DNA of 64,000 nucleotides from Clostridia bacterium (GTDB lineage Bacteria; Bacillota; Clostridia; Oscillospirales; CAG-272): NCBI GenBank assembly GCA_017462385.1, contig JAFTRE010000023.1, positions 6,265 to 70,264 of the forward strand, read 5' to 3'. Shown piece by piece: positions 18,839 to 28,714 of this stretch (position 1 is its first letter; each line of letters starts with the position of its first letter). The notes under the pieces were generated by a model. It saw only the letters and a program-made list of their open reading frames with translations, ran no database searches and was not told where the DNA came from. The position numbers and the translations under genes were made by a program.

Positions 18839-19936
18839 ATGCCAAAAAATCTACTTTTTGTTTTCGGAACACGCCCCGAGGCGATAAAAATGTGCCCGCT
18901 TATACTGACTTTGCGCAAGCGGCATGACGTGCGTGTGCGCGTTTGTGTCACGGGTCAGCACCGCACGCTTTGCGACGAGGTGCTCGAGCTGTTCGATGTC
19001 CATCCTGATTTCGACCTCAACATTATGAAAAAGCACCAGACGCTGGAGGATATCACAGAGTCGGTGCTACTTGGGGCGGGCGCGGCGATAGACTCGACCA
19101 CACCCGAGCTGGTACTGGTCCACGGCGATACCACGACCACGCTCGCCGCCGCGCTTGCCGCATTTTATCGCGGTGTTCCCGTTGCGCACGTCGAGGCGGG
19201 ACTGCGCACATATAACGTGCAGTCGCCTTATCCCGAGGAGTTTAACCGCCGTGCCGTTTCGCTTGTTGCGTCAATGCATTTCGCACCTACCGCCCGTGCC
19301 GCCAAAAATCTTGTGCGAGAGGGGATCGACGCCGAGCGTGTGTTTGTCACGGGCAATACCGTGGTGGATGCGCTGTCATATACATATCGGAAAAACTACA
19401 GCTCACCGCTGCTTGATATGGTGGGAGACAGACGGCTGATACTTGTTACCGCGCACCGTCGCGAGAGCCGCGGTGAGCCTATGCTGCGTATCTTCGAGAC
19501 GGTAAAAAGGCTGGCGAGGGAGCGGGAGGACGTATTTTTCGTTTGTCCCCTGCATCCCGCGCCCGAGGTACAGGAGGCGGCGGACTTGCTCCGTGGCGAG
19601 CCGCGTATACATCTCGCGCCGCCGCTCGGCTTGCTTGATTTTCATAATTTGCTCGCCCGCTCGTATCTGATACTCAGCGATAGCGGCGGCGTGCAGGAGG
19701 AGGCGTTGTCATACGGAGTGCCAGTCCTGGTGACAAGAGAGCGGACAGAGCGCCCCGAGGGGATAGAGACGGGCGGTTTACGGCTTGTCGGCAGTGATGA
19801 GGCGCGCATATACACTGAGGTCTGCCGCCTGCTTGATGACCGCGCGGAGTACGAACGCATGAAATGCCCGTATAACCCGTTCGGAGACGGTCACGCGGCG
19901 GAGCGCATAGCTGATATAATAGGCAAGGTTATATAA
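18839..19936 (+). CDS. wecB: UDP-N-acetylglucosamine 2-epimerase (non-hydrolysing)
   Basis: Motifs FGTRPEAIK, TGQH, HGDTTT, HVEAGLR, PEEFNR, DSGGVQEE, TERPE, PFGDG. Confidence 0.95.
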   Translation: MPKNLLFVFGTRPEAIKMCPLILTLRKRHDVRVRVCVTGQHRTLCDEVLELFDVHPDFDLNIMKKHQTLEDITESVLLGAGAAIDSTTPELVLVHGDTTTTLAAALAAFYRGVPVAHVEAGLRTYNVQSPYPEEFNRRAVSLVASMHFAPTARAAKNLVREGIDAERVFVTGNTVVDALSYTYRKNYSSPLLDMVGDRRLILVTAHRRESRGEPMLRIFETVKRLAREREDVFFVCPLHPAPEVQEAADLLRGEPRIHLAPPLGLLDFHNLLARSYLILSDSGGVQEEALSYGVPVLVTRERTERPEGIETGGLRLVGSDEARIYTEVCRLLDDRAEYERMKCPYNPFGDGHAAERIADIIGKVI

Positions 19937-19939
19937 AAC

Positions 19940-19975
19940 GGCAACAGCCCCGCGCAGTGCGCGGGGCTGTTGCTA
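19940..19975. terminator. Bidirectional terminator
   Basis: GCAACAGCCCCGCGC-AGT-GCGCGGGGCTGTTGC between convergent genes. Confidence 0.7.
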
Positions 19976-19979
19976 TGAT

Positions 19980-20741
19980 TTAAATCGTCACTGTAGCGCA
20001 TACGGGATGATGGTCGGAAATATAGATTCCGTCGATGCCTTCGTCGGGGACGATAAAGGAGTCGGAAACATCGCATGGGAGATTGGTGAAAATATAATCT
20101 ATCTTGGTTTTGACCTCGCGCTTGCCGAAAGCGTGGAAAGTGCCGCCCAGCTTGTGTGTTGCGTCTGTGACGTCAAGACCGGGCAGTGAGGTGATCGCCT
20201 GAATTTCGGGGGTGTCGGGCAGAGCGTTGAAATCGCCCGTCAGCACAAAGCGATAAGGCTTTTCGGACAAATATTGCATCAGCTGTACCGCACCGAGCAG
20301 GCGGGCGGTCTTGCCCTTGTGATCAAGATGCGTATTGCAGAACACAATGGGTTCGGCGGCGTCGCGGTGCTTGAGACAGGCAACCGTCGTCACACGTGGA
20401 CAGGAGCTCTGGTCAAGCCCGTAAGTCGAGCCCGGGACGTACGGCGTGGCAGACAGCCAGAAGCATTCCGTCCACAGCGCCTCAAAGGCGTCTTTTTTAT
20501 ATGCCAAAACTACCGACTCTCCGCGGTAATCCTCATTTCTGCCGCAGCCGACCACGACATAGTCCGAAAGCTCGGCGCGCAGCCATTCGCGCATATCGTC
20601 GTTAGCCTCCTGAAAGCCGATAAGATCGGGAGAGTAGGTGCGGATGGTGTCGAGAATGCGGCCCTTGCGATTCGGAAAAGCGTTGATGCCGTCGACAGAT
20701 GCATTGACGCGGAGATTGAATGTAAATACCTTTATTTTCAT
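19980..20741 (-). CDS. Endonuclease/exonuclease/phosphatase (EEP) family protein
   Basis: Motifs TFNLR, IGFQE, NTHLDH, TGDFN, IDYIF, SDHHPV. Confidence 0.92.
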   Translation of the reverse strand: MKIKVFTFNLRVNASVDGINAFPNRKGRILDTIRTYSPDLIGFQEANDDMREWLRAELSDYVVVGCGRNEDYRGESVVLAYKKDAFEALWTECFWLSATPYVPGSTYGLDQSSCPRVTTVACLKHRDAAEPIVFCNTHLDHKGKTARLLGAVQLMQYLSEKPYRFVLTGDFNALPDTPEIQAITSLPGLDVTDATHKLGGTFHAFGKREVKTKIDYIFTNLPCDVSDSFIVPDEGIDGIYISDHHPVCATVTI

Positions 20742-20916
20742 ACTTTCCTCCCATTGGAGCGGTTTTTATTTAAGGCTATTATATATCATTTGCGGACGAA
20801 TTTCAATAGTCGCGGCGCAATTTCGAAAAATTGCTGAAAATGCTTGCCAACGCTTGACATTTGAGGAATATTGAAATATAATATAGGTAATATTTTTATT
20901 GCTTTCGGAGGAAGCT

Positions 20917-22221
20917 ATGGTAAAAAGAAAAAATAAGGTCGTTGTCCTGTCTGTGGACGCGATGGTTTATGAAGATATTGCATATCTTCGCACAAAGCCG
21001 AATTTCGGTATGCTTTATGAGGGCGGCTCGTCTGTTGACCGCTGCCGTACTATTTACCCCTCTGTAACCTACCCCTGTCACGTTTCCATGTCCTCGGGTA
21101 CATATCCCAATAAGCACGGCGTCACCAACAATGCCGAGTTTCATCCCGGTCAGCTCAAGGACGTTCCGTGGAACTGGTTTGCAGATGTAATCAAGACTCC
21201 CGATATTTTCACTGCCGCAAAGGCGGCGGGACTGACCACCGCGTCGGTGTTCTGGCCCGTTACGGGAAATCACAAGGATATCGATTATCTTATAGACGAG
21301 TACTGGCCGCAGTCGGCTACCGACTCACAGCACGATTGCTTCATTCGATCCGGCTCGACCGAGGAGGTTTGGGAGAAGTGCATAAAGCCGTTTGTTGACG
21401 GTGTTAAGATACGCAAGCATCCCGTTACAGACTGGTTTAATATTCAGTCCGCTTGCGCTATGATTCGCCATTTCCAGCCCGACCTGTTGCTCATTCACCC
21501 CGGCAATGTCGACAGCTATCGCCATGCAACCGGTATTTTCTCGCCTCGCGTTACGCAGGGCCTTGACGAGACCGAGACATTCATCGGTATGCTGGTACAG
21601 GCGACCAAGGACGCGGGCGTGTTCGAGGATACCAACTTCTTTATCATTTCCGACCACGGTCAGATGGAGATCGTGCGCTCGATAAAGCCCAATGTTATGT
21701 TTGCCGACCACGGCCTGATAGAGGTCAACGAGGACGGCACCATGAAGGATTGGAAAGCATACTGCCATTCCACGGGTATGTCCGCTCAGATCAGACTCAA
21801 GGATCCCTCCGATAAGGAGACATGGCAGAAGACATATGACCTGCTGTGCGAGATGCGCGACGAGGGTATATACGGCATCAGCGAGGTGCTGACTGCCGAG
21901 GAGGCTGACGAGAGAGAGCATCTGAACGGCGAGTTCTCGTTCGTTATCGAGACGGACGGCTATACCTCGTTTGCAGAGGATTGGAACCGCCCCATGATAA
22001 AGAATCTGGACATTTCCGACTATCGATTCGGCAAGGCTACCCACGGCTACAATCCCGCAAAGGGTCCCCAGCCCACGCTTGTCGCATACGGCCCCGCTAT
22101 CAAAAAGGGAGTGCGTATGGAGTTCTGCCGCACGGTCGACCAGGCTCCCACATACGCTAAAATACTCGGCGCCGAGATGCCTTGGGCAGACGGTGTGGCA
22201 TTGGATGAAATTTTGAAGTGA
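20917..22221 (+). CDS. Alkaline phosphatase superfamily nucleotide pyrophosphatase/phosphodiesterase
   Basis: Motifs SVDAM, PSVTYPCH, HGV..N, DSYRH, SDHG, ATHGY. Confidence 0.9.
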   Translation: MVKRKNKVVVLSVDAMVYEDIAYLRTKPNFGMLYEGGSSVDRCRTIYPSVTYPCHVSMSSGTYPNKHGVTNNAEFHPGQLKDVPWNWFADVIKTPDIFTAAKAAGLTTASVFWPVTGNHKDIDYLIDEYWPQSATDSQHDCFIRSGSTEEVWEKCIKPFVDGVKIRKHPVTDWFNIQSACAMIRHFQPDLLLIHPGNVDSYRHATGIFSPRVTQGLDETETFIGMLVQATKDAGVFEDTNFFIISDHGQMEIVRSIKPNVMFADHGLIEVNEDGTMKDWKAYCHSTGMSAQIRLKDPSDKETWQKTYDLLCEMRDEGIYGISEVLTAEEADEREHLNGEFSFVIETDGYTSFAEDWNRPMIKNLDISDYRFGKATHGYNPAKGPQPTLVAYGPAIKKGVRMEFCRTVDQAPTYAKILGAEMPWADGVALDEILK

Positions 22222-22413
22222 TATTCTGTGCGTTTGTACAGAGTGATATTTTTGCCTTGCGGCAAAAGTGATATTGAAGCCTTGCGGCTTCAGTGATATT
22301 ATATTCGCCGCGGGAACTCGCGGAGCGAATATCACTCGGCGTAAGCCGAATATCACTGCGAAAAAGTTGCTTTGCAACTTTCACAATAGCACTCGCCGCA
22401 GGCGAATATAACT
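22217..22413. repeat. Hairpin-ladder element C (4 AGTGATATT + 4 AATATCACT-like units)
   Basis: AGTGATATT at 22217, 22242, 22267, 22292 (25-nt period); reverse complement or variants at 22328, 22349, 22385, 22405; hairpin spacers. Confidence 0.9.
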
Positions 22414-22448
22414 GAAAAGCTCTCAATGCAACGCATTGAGAGCTTTTC
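22414..22448. terminator. Terminator hairpin at the 3' end of tRNA-Gly
   Basis: GAAAAGCTCTCAATGC-AAC-GCATTGAGAGCTTTTC. Confidence 0.75.
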
Positions 22449-22522
22449 TGGAGCAGACAACGGGAATCGAACCCGCAGCATCAGCTTGGGAAGCTGAGGT
22501 TTTACCACTAAACTATGTCTGC
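22449..22522 (-). tRNA. tRNA-Gly (CCC)
   Basis: Minus strand GCAGACATAGTTTAGTGGTA..TCAGC-TTCCCAA-GCTGA..GGTTCGATTCC..TGCTCCA forms a cloverleaf with encoded CCA. Confidence 0.95.
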
Positions 22523-22628
22523 AATGCAATAATTTTATTACAAATTTTAAGTTTTGTCAATCCCTAATTTAAAAATATTTGCGGTGTCGGGTAAAAAACG
22601 TCCGACAAATTTCTTCAGGAGGTACATT

Positions 22629-23537
22629 ATGCGTCTTGCAACATCGACTTGTATTTTCCCGAGCAGACGGCAGGGAGGCGGAACGCCGCTTGTGCAGTCG
22701 ATAGCCATGTGCCGTGAATGCGGCTTCGAGGTCATCGACCTCAACTTTTGCTTTGCGGCAAACAAAAATTGCGGCTCGCTCTTTTGCTCCGACAACTGGC
22801 AGAAATATGTAGATGAGTTGGGCGAGGCGGGCGCCAAGTATGGCGTTACATTCTCGCAGTCGCACGCTCCTTATGACTCAAATCTGCGCCGCGCCGATCG
22901 CAAAATGACCGACGAGGAGCGCGATTGGTACTATGAATCCGTTCGCCGTTCCATCCATGCCAGCGCACAGCTGGGCGTCAAGTGGGTGGTCACTCACGCG
23001 CAGACCGATGTGCTTGACGATGAGCTGGGCTACGAGCAAAATCTTAAGACAAACCTTGAATTTTACGGCAAGCTGCTCGAGTGGGCAAAGCAGTACGGTA
23101 CCGGCATCGCGGTCGAGAACATGGCGGAGTTCAATCCCTCCAAGACAAAGCACCGCTATACAGCCACCGTCGAGGAGCAGATCGCAATTATAGACAGCAT
23201 AAACGACCCCGACCTGCAGGGTGCGTGGGATTTCGGCCATGCACAGCTGGTCTACCGCGATCAGGTGACTCCCCTACGCAAGCTGGGTCACCGTCTGCGC
23301 GCAACGCACGTTCAGGAGTGCGACGGCAAGTTTGATGATCATTTTCTGCCCTTTATCCGCGGCACAACACCGTGGGAAAAGATAATGCCGCTGCTCAAAG
23401 AGATAAATTATCCCGGCGACTTTACATATGAGGTCCACGGCTTTTTCTCGGGCATTCCGGACGAGCTGAGACTCAGCGCGGGTAAGTTTGCGTTTGAGAT
23501 AGGTCAGTATCTTATGGGACTTTACGAGAAAGCATGA
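22629..23537 (+). CDS. Sugar phosphate isomerase/epimerase (xylose isomerase-like TIM barrel)
   Basis: Motifs QSHAP, IAVENM, WDFGHA, ATHVQE, DDHFLPF, TYE; AGGAGG RBS. Confidence 0.85.
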   Translation: MRLATSTCIFPSRRQGGGTPLVQSIAMCRECGFEVIDLNFCFAANKNCGSLFCSDNWQKYVDELGEAGAKYGVTFSQSHAPYDSNLRRADRKMTDEERDWYYESVRRSIHASAQLGVKWVVTHAQTDVLDDELGYEQNLKTNLEFYGKLLEWAKQYGTGIAVENMAEFNPSKTKHRYTATVEEQIAIIDSINDPDLQGAWDFGHAQLVYRDQVTPLRKLGHRLRATHVQECDGKFDDHFLPFIRGTTPWEKIMPLLKEINYPGDFTYEVHGFFSGIPDELRLSAGKFAFEIGQYLMGLYEKA

Positions 23538-24478
23538 AGAACAATATGAAAAACAGATACCTTGCCGCCATCGATGTCGGCGGAACAAAGGCGGACGCCG
23601 TGCTTTTCCGCGATACGGGCGAGATAGTCGCGCATGTCGTCGATCCCGGCATGACGCCGTTTGATCACGGCGCCGAAGCTTCGGCAAATGCCACCCGAAA
23701 AACGCTTGAAAAGCTGTTCTCTCATGCGGACGGCGATATCGACGCGCTGTACGCTTCCGTCGCCACGGTGGAATACTATTACGACGATTTTATAAAATAC
23801 TTCAATGACAAAATAAACGTAAAAAAAATACGCATCGAGGGGGACGGCTGCTGTCTCATCTCGGGCGTGTTAGGGCATAACGACGGCGCTTGCATGATAT
23901 GCGGCACGGGCTCGTCACTTTATATGCGCAAGGGTGACAGCTACCGCCATATCGGAGGCGGCGGTCATCTTATCGATAGCTGCGGAAGCGGCTATGTGCT
24001 CGGGCAGCAGGCGCTTCGGGCCGTTTATCGCGCCTGTGACGGTGCAGGCCCGCAGACAATGCTGACTGAGCTTGTCAATGAGCAGGGCGGCTGTCTTATG
24101 CGGCGCAATATTCCCGGCGTGCAGTCGGGCGGGCGGGCATATATAGCCTCATTTGCCAAAAACGTGTTCATAGCCCGCAACCGCGGCGACCTTGTGGCGC
24201 GGAATATTTTCAACACCTGCGCCGCGGATATGGCAAATGTGATCTGGGCGGCTCGCGAGGAGCTGGGAGCGGGCTTTACATTGGTGCTCAACGGCGGCAT
24301 ATTTTCGCATTATCCCGAATATGCCGAGGCGGTCAAGGCACTCTCACCCGCCGATATCAATGTTATTTTGTCCGATGTGCCTCCGCTTTACGGCTGCGTG
24401 GTGGAAGCCATGTACGATGTCGGCTTGACCTGCAACGACGCTTTTAAGGCAAGATTTATGGCCGATTATCAAAAATAA
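23534..24478 (+). CDS. BadF/BadG-type sugar kinase (GlcNAc/MurNAc kinase-like)
   Basis: Motifs IDVGGTK, ICGTGS, IGGGGHLID..GSGY.LG, LNGG. Confidence 0.85.
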   Translation: MKNNMKNRYLAAIDVGGTKADAVLFRDTGEIVAHVVDPGMTPFDHGAEASANATRKTLEKLFSHADGDIDALYASVATVEYYYDDFIKYFNDKINVKKIRIEGDGCCLISGVLGHNDGACMICGTGSSLYMRKGDSYRHIGGGGHLIDSCGSGYVLGQQALRAVYRACDGAGPQTMLTELVNEQGGCLMRRNIPGVQSGGRAYIASFAKNVFIARNRGDLVARNIFNTCAADMANVIWAAREELGAGFTLVLNGGIFSHYPEYAEAVKALSPADINVILSDVPPLYGCVVEAMYDVGLTCNDAFKARFMADYQK

Positions 24479-24520
24479 AAACATATCCGCCGATCTTAAG
24501 ATCAGCGGATATGTTTTTAT
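24479..24520. terminator. Bidirectional terminator
   Basis: AAAACATATCCGCCGATC..GATCAGCGGATATGTTTT. Confidence 0.7.
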
Positions 24521-24523
24521 TTA

Positions 24524-26263
24524 TTATTTACCGTAAACCATTATTTCGCGGGTATTGATTTCCTCGAGACCTGTGGTGTTGCTGTCAACATCGCCGCCTT
24601 TGATTATGCCTATGCGGATGTATTTACCGCTGACGTCTCCCATATCGAACAATACCTCAACAGTCGGCTTGTTGTTGTTCCAGGGGTCGAGAGTTTTTGA
24701 GGTGTCGATGCTGGCGAGATTGGTGAGCGATGAATCGTAGCTTGCGGACTCGACCTTTGTCCAGTTGACGCCGTCGTCGCTGACGTAAATGTCCTGCGCC
24801 TGCGCGAAGCCCTGAAGACTTCCCGAGGTGTAGCCGATGGCGTCAAAGGTCTTGACAGAACCGAAGTTGAGCGTGATGAGGCCCGTATAGGGGCTGCTTG
24901 CGTCCTTTTCGCCGTTTATGTTGTAGGTGTCCTTGTCAAAGAAAATAGCGGCCATGTAGGAGGCGCCCCAGTGACCGTTGACCAGATTTACAGTCGAGTT
25001 GGTAACACCTGCGGTCGTGGAGGTGTTGACAGTACCTTTTTTGGAGCTGTCCATGTGCGAGATGCCGATGACGGATACGCCGTAGCCGATGTCGGCGATG
25101 TCGGCCTTTTGAGCGTCGGTCAGCGAGGTCGCGCTTGCTTCGGAGGAGGCGATCTTGTCCTTGTCGCCGCGAATACCCGAAAATGTCTTGGAGGTGTCGC
25201 TCTTGAGCGTCATCCAGCCATCACCCACGGTGGTATCGTTGCGATATATGACGGAAATAAGCTCTGAGGAGGGCTTGGAGGTGAGAAGAACGGTACTTGT
25301 CTTGGGCATGGTGACACCTTCGGAGGACAGCTTATAGGAGTCGGTAACGGGAGCGCCGTTTTTGACTATTTTGGAGGCGGCGGCGCGGAGCACATCTGCA
25401 TCGGTGGCGGTCAGCGAACCGTTGTAGTTCACGGTTGCGGGGTCAACGCCGAAAATAGTTCCGAACAAGGTGTAAGCGGCAAGGGTACTGCCCGCAGGAC
25501 CGGGATGCTTGAGGTCGTCATCATAAAGATTGGGAGTCGGGCTTGCGGGATAAATTTCGGAGAATGCCGCGCCGACGTGAGCAACACCTATGCCAAGCTC
25601 CTCTGCAATGGCGGTGTAAGCCGCCCGCAGCTTCATTTCCATGTCAGTCGTGTTCTTACCGAACTGGGAAAGCTGGGAGTGACCGCTCTTATAGCCCCAG
25701 GTTGCATACAGCCACAGCTCTGCGCCGTTTTGGTCTGCAAGAGCTTTGAATTGGCGTACGCTGTCGTAAAAATCGGCGGGCTTTGAGATGGGATTGGAGC
25801 TTTGCTCCTGAATGATAACTATATCATATTTTTTGTTTTTGAGTAGATACAGAACCTGTTTGCCCTTTTCGTCGTTTTCGTCGAGAAATTCGCGCAGATA
25901 GTGCCCACCCTTATACACGGCGGTGATATTGACCTTGTAACCCGCCTCGGTGGCAACATTGTAAAAAATGCCTTTAGGGTAGTTCATCTCGTTGTAATAG
26001 GAAAAGCTGTTTCCTATCATGAGGATGTTGTATGTTTTGGATTTGTCGCGCGCTTCAAGACTCGTGTCGGGAGTTTGGGGGGCAGTAGTCTCGGCGGGAG
26101 TGGTCTCCGCTGTGGTTGTTTCCGTCGGCTGCGTTGTGTCGGACGGGGCGGGCGCTGCCGTGGTAGTGTCCGCGGGCGTGGTTACATTATTACCACTGCC
26201 GCAAGCAGCAAGGGGAAGAAGCATAAGCGTGCACAGAAGTATGGAAAAAATTCTTTTTGTCAT
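24524..26263 (-). CDS. Lipoprotein with SGNH-like (DUF4886-type) hydrolase domain and C-terminal discoidin/CBM32-like domain
   Basis: LAAC lipobox; T/P-rich linker; IGNSFS, IIQEQS, D..HP; C-terminal YVSDDGVNW..GKYIRI..EI. Confidence 0.8.
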   Translation of the reverse strand: MTKRIFSILLCTLMLLPLAACGSGNNVTTPADTTTAAPAPSDTTQPTETTTAETTPAETTAPQTPDTSLEARDKSKTYNILMIGNSFSYYNEMNYPKGIFYNVATEAGYKVNITAVYKGGHYLREFLDENDEKGKQVLYLLKNKKYDIVIIQEQSSNPISKPADFYDSVRQFKALADQNGAELWLYATWGYKSGHSQLSQFGKNTTDMEMKLRAAYTAIAEELGIGVAHVGAAFSEIYPASPTPNLYDDDLKHPGPAGSTLAAYTLFGTIFGVDPATVNYNGSLTATDADVLRAAASKIVKNGAPVTDSYKLSSEGVTMPKTSTVLLTSKPSSELISVIYRNDTTVGDGWMTLKSDTSKTFSGIRGDKDKIASSEASATSLTDAQKADIADIGYGVSVIGISHMDSSKKGTVNTSTTAGVTNSTVNLVNGHWGASYMAAIFFDKDTYNINGEKDASSPYTGLITLNFGSVKTFDAIGYTSGSLQGFAQAQDIYVSDDGVNWTKVESASYDSSLTNLASIDTSKTLDPWNNNKPTVEVLFDMGDVSGKYIRIGIIKGGDVDSNTTGLEEINTREIMVYGK

Positions 26264-26344
26264 AATGATCCTCCTTTTATTAAATGTTTTGGTTTTGACT
26301 TAAACGGCTCCGGCAATGCCGGAGCCGTTTTGTATTAAATTTGA

Positions 26345-27451
26345 TTATTTGCGTTTTTTCTTGCCGAGCATAACTGCAGGAATGCAGAGTAGCATCAGCG
26401 CGGGGGTAGCTATGGAACCGCCGCAACCGCCGTTTGAAGCAGGTTCGGTGCTTGGTGTGGGGGTGGTCGTGGGAGCCGCGGTCGTGGTTACTGTGGAGTC
26501 ATCAGTGTCGGGATCGGCGGCAGGAGTGGTGTCCTCAACTGTGGGTGTGTCGGTAGTGACCTCGGGCTCGGGAGCTGCAGTGGTTGTGTCGGGAGTTGCG
26601 GTAGTGGTGTCCTCCGCGGAGGTCTCAAAGGTAACGCCCAACAAGTTTGCCAAATTGGTCTGAGAGCTGTGCAGGAAACTGGGGGTTATATCGTAAGGAA
26701 TATCATTTGTGCAGGTGAGAACTTTACCATCGTTTAAATCAAAGCAGAACTCAACGTCAGCGCTCAGAGTCGTATTGGGAACTATGGAAGCGGTGAGATA
26801 TGCATCAACCGTAGTGTCGCGCAAACAAATGAAGTAACCAACGGATTTGGATGCAGAAGGGTTAGCCATATTGAAGTGCTCGCTGGCTCCGATGCCATAT
26901 GTGGTGCTTATATCCCAAGGAATAATCTTGCCGTTGACAGTTTCGGGAGGAGTCTGCCAGCACATATCGCGAGAGAAGTCGGCGATCAAATTCCAATATT
27001 TTTCCAAGTTGTATATGGGCTTGTTGTTCGAATCGAATGTGACCATTCTGTGAGAGTCTATAAGCTCGTAAGATTCATCACTGATGAACCATATGAGCGC
27101 ATATTCACCGGGCTTCAGTACGTTTTCGCCGGGAGCTGTGGCGAATACATTGGATTTGGAGTATGTGCCGGCCTCGGCGGCTTCAACAACAGCCGCGGGG
27201 GTCGCTTTGTTTACATAATAGAATACGTAATCGTAAAGGTCAACATCGTGATCGGAAATATTGAGTATTTCTACATACTCACACAAATCCTTTCCGGTAG
27301 CGGGGCCTTCATAAGGCACGGTGGCGGGGTTGGAGAAGCAAGCGGAAATAACGATATCGCAGGGAATGGTATAGTCCGCGGCAGAGGTGGGCAGTGCGAA
27401 CATAGCCGTAAGCATCAGGGCTGCGATAAGTATAGCTGTGAGCTTTTTCAT
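26345..27451 (-). CDS. Secreted lamin-tail-domain protein with Thr/Pro linker and C-terminal GGCGG-TM-basic anchor
   Basis: Signal peptide; LTD-like EYVEILNISDHDVDLYDY; ends SNGGCGGSIATPALMLLCIPAVMLGKKKRK. Confidence 0.8.
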   Translation of the reverse strand: MKKLTAILIAALMLTAMFALPTSAADYTIPCDIVISACFSNPATVPYEGPATGKDLCEYVEILNISDHDVDLYDYVFYYVNKATPAAVVEAAEAGTYSKSNVFATAPGENVLKPGEYALIWFISDESYELIDSHRMVTFDSNNKPIYNLEKYWNLIADFSRDMCWQTPPETVNGKIIPWDISTTYGIGASEHFNMANPSASKSVGYFICLRDTTVDAYLTASIVPNTTLSADVEFCFDLNDGKVLTCTNDIPYDITPSFLHSSQTNLANLLGVTFETSAEDTTTATPDTTTAAPEPEVTTDTPTVEDTTPAADPDTDDSTVTTTAAPTTTPTPSTEPASNGGCGGSIATPALMLLCIPAVMLGKKKRK

Positions 27452-27697
27452 GATTAATAATCCTCCTTATAAATAGAAATAGCTTCACTTGTTAATATTT
27501 TATCATACCTTTGTTTGAAATGCAATAATGTGAGAAAAAAAGTTTAATTTTGTTAATTTTGTACATTATAATGTTGATTTTACAACCTTAAAAAGGCACC
27601 CATAAAAACGATTTGACCAAAACCCGCGTCTTCTCTTGACAGAGAGCGGTTCAGGTAGTATAATTTTAAGTAACATGTTATTGAGGTGAGATGTATT

Positions 27698-28693
27698 ATG
27701 TCAAAATATGCGAACGAATTTGCCCCTCGCGACGGCAAACTGCGCGTGCTTTGTCTGCATCATGAGCAAACGGTGTTTAAAGCAGATTCCTATCTTTTTG
27801 AGCTTGACGGTCAGCTGTGGCTGCTTGACGGTGGCATGAAAAATTCGCATGTCACGCATGAATATCTGGTTGCGCTTCGCCGCCGTTGGCTGGAGTCGGC
27901 GGGGCTTGACGAATCGAGCGAGCTGCCGCTCAAGCTGGACTGGTTCGTTTCGCATTTTCATATAGACCATGTTTCGGTCATGATAGAGCAGATCATACCC
28001 GACGCTCGCTTTGAGCTGGGTACGCTTTATCTGCCTCCCGTTACGGTGCTTGATCCCGCATACTGTGTCAACGGAACAAACGGCGATGCAAAATACCGCC
28101 CTTTGCTTGCCAAGGCGCTGAAAAAGTACGGAACGGGCAAGGAAAATATAGTGCAGTTTGATTTTGGCATGGAGAACATCAAGGAGCTTTACGATGAGAG
28201 CGGTAAGCTGCAAATGACAGTCTACCCACCGCTTGCCGACGCGGGAATTGGTGAGCCGCTGGAGTATAATATAAATGAATATTGGGGCGGCGATCGTACA
28301 TATAAGGCAATCCCCACCGTGGTCGTAAACTCCAACTCCAACTGGCTGAAACTACGATATGGCTCGCATAGCTTTCTTTTCACGGGCGACACAATGAAAA
28401 GAGAGGCTCATTTGGATAAAGAATCGACAAACCAGATGGTTGAAGCATATCATGATATTATCGGCAATGTCAATGTTATAAAGCACGTTCACCACGGCTA
28501 CCGCCGCGATGACGCAGTCGGTCTTATGCTGAGCTTTGAACCCCAATATATCATACTTTCCTGCCGCGAGGAGGGCGTTTCGAGGACTATGGCAAGTCAA
28601 TATCCCGACGCTACGGCAAAAATACAAAACTGCGCCGTCGAGGATATCTTGTTTGAGACCGACGGAGAGACGCTTACTGTAAATAAAATATAA
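27698..28693 (+). CDS. Metallo-beta-lactamase fold hydrolase (ComEC C-terminal-like)
   Basis: Motifs LDGG, SHFHIDH (HxHxDH), NSNS, FTGD, HHG. Confidence 0.82.
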   Translation: MSKYANEFAPRDGKLRVLCLHHEQTVFKADSYLFELDGQLWLLDGGMKNSHVTHEYLVALRRRWLESAGLDESSELPLKLDWFVSHFHIDHVSVMIEQIIPDARFELGTLYLPPVTVLDPAYCVNGTNGDAKYRPLLAKALKKYGTGKENIVQFDFGMENIKELYDESGKLQMTVYPPLADAGIGEPLEYNINEYWGGDRTYKAIPTVVVNSNSNWLKLRYGSHSFLFTGDTMKREAHLDKESTNQMVEAYHDIIGNVNVIKHVHHGYRRDDAVGLMLSFEPQYIILSCREEGVSRTMASQYPDATAKIQNCAVEDILFETDGETLTVNKI

Positions 28694-28714
28694 CTGCAAC
28701 GGAAGGAGATTTCC

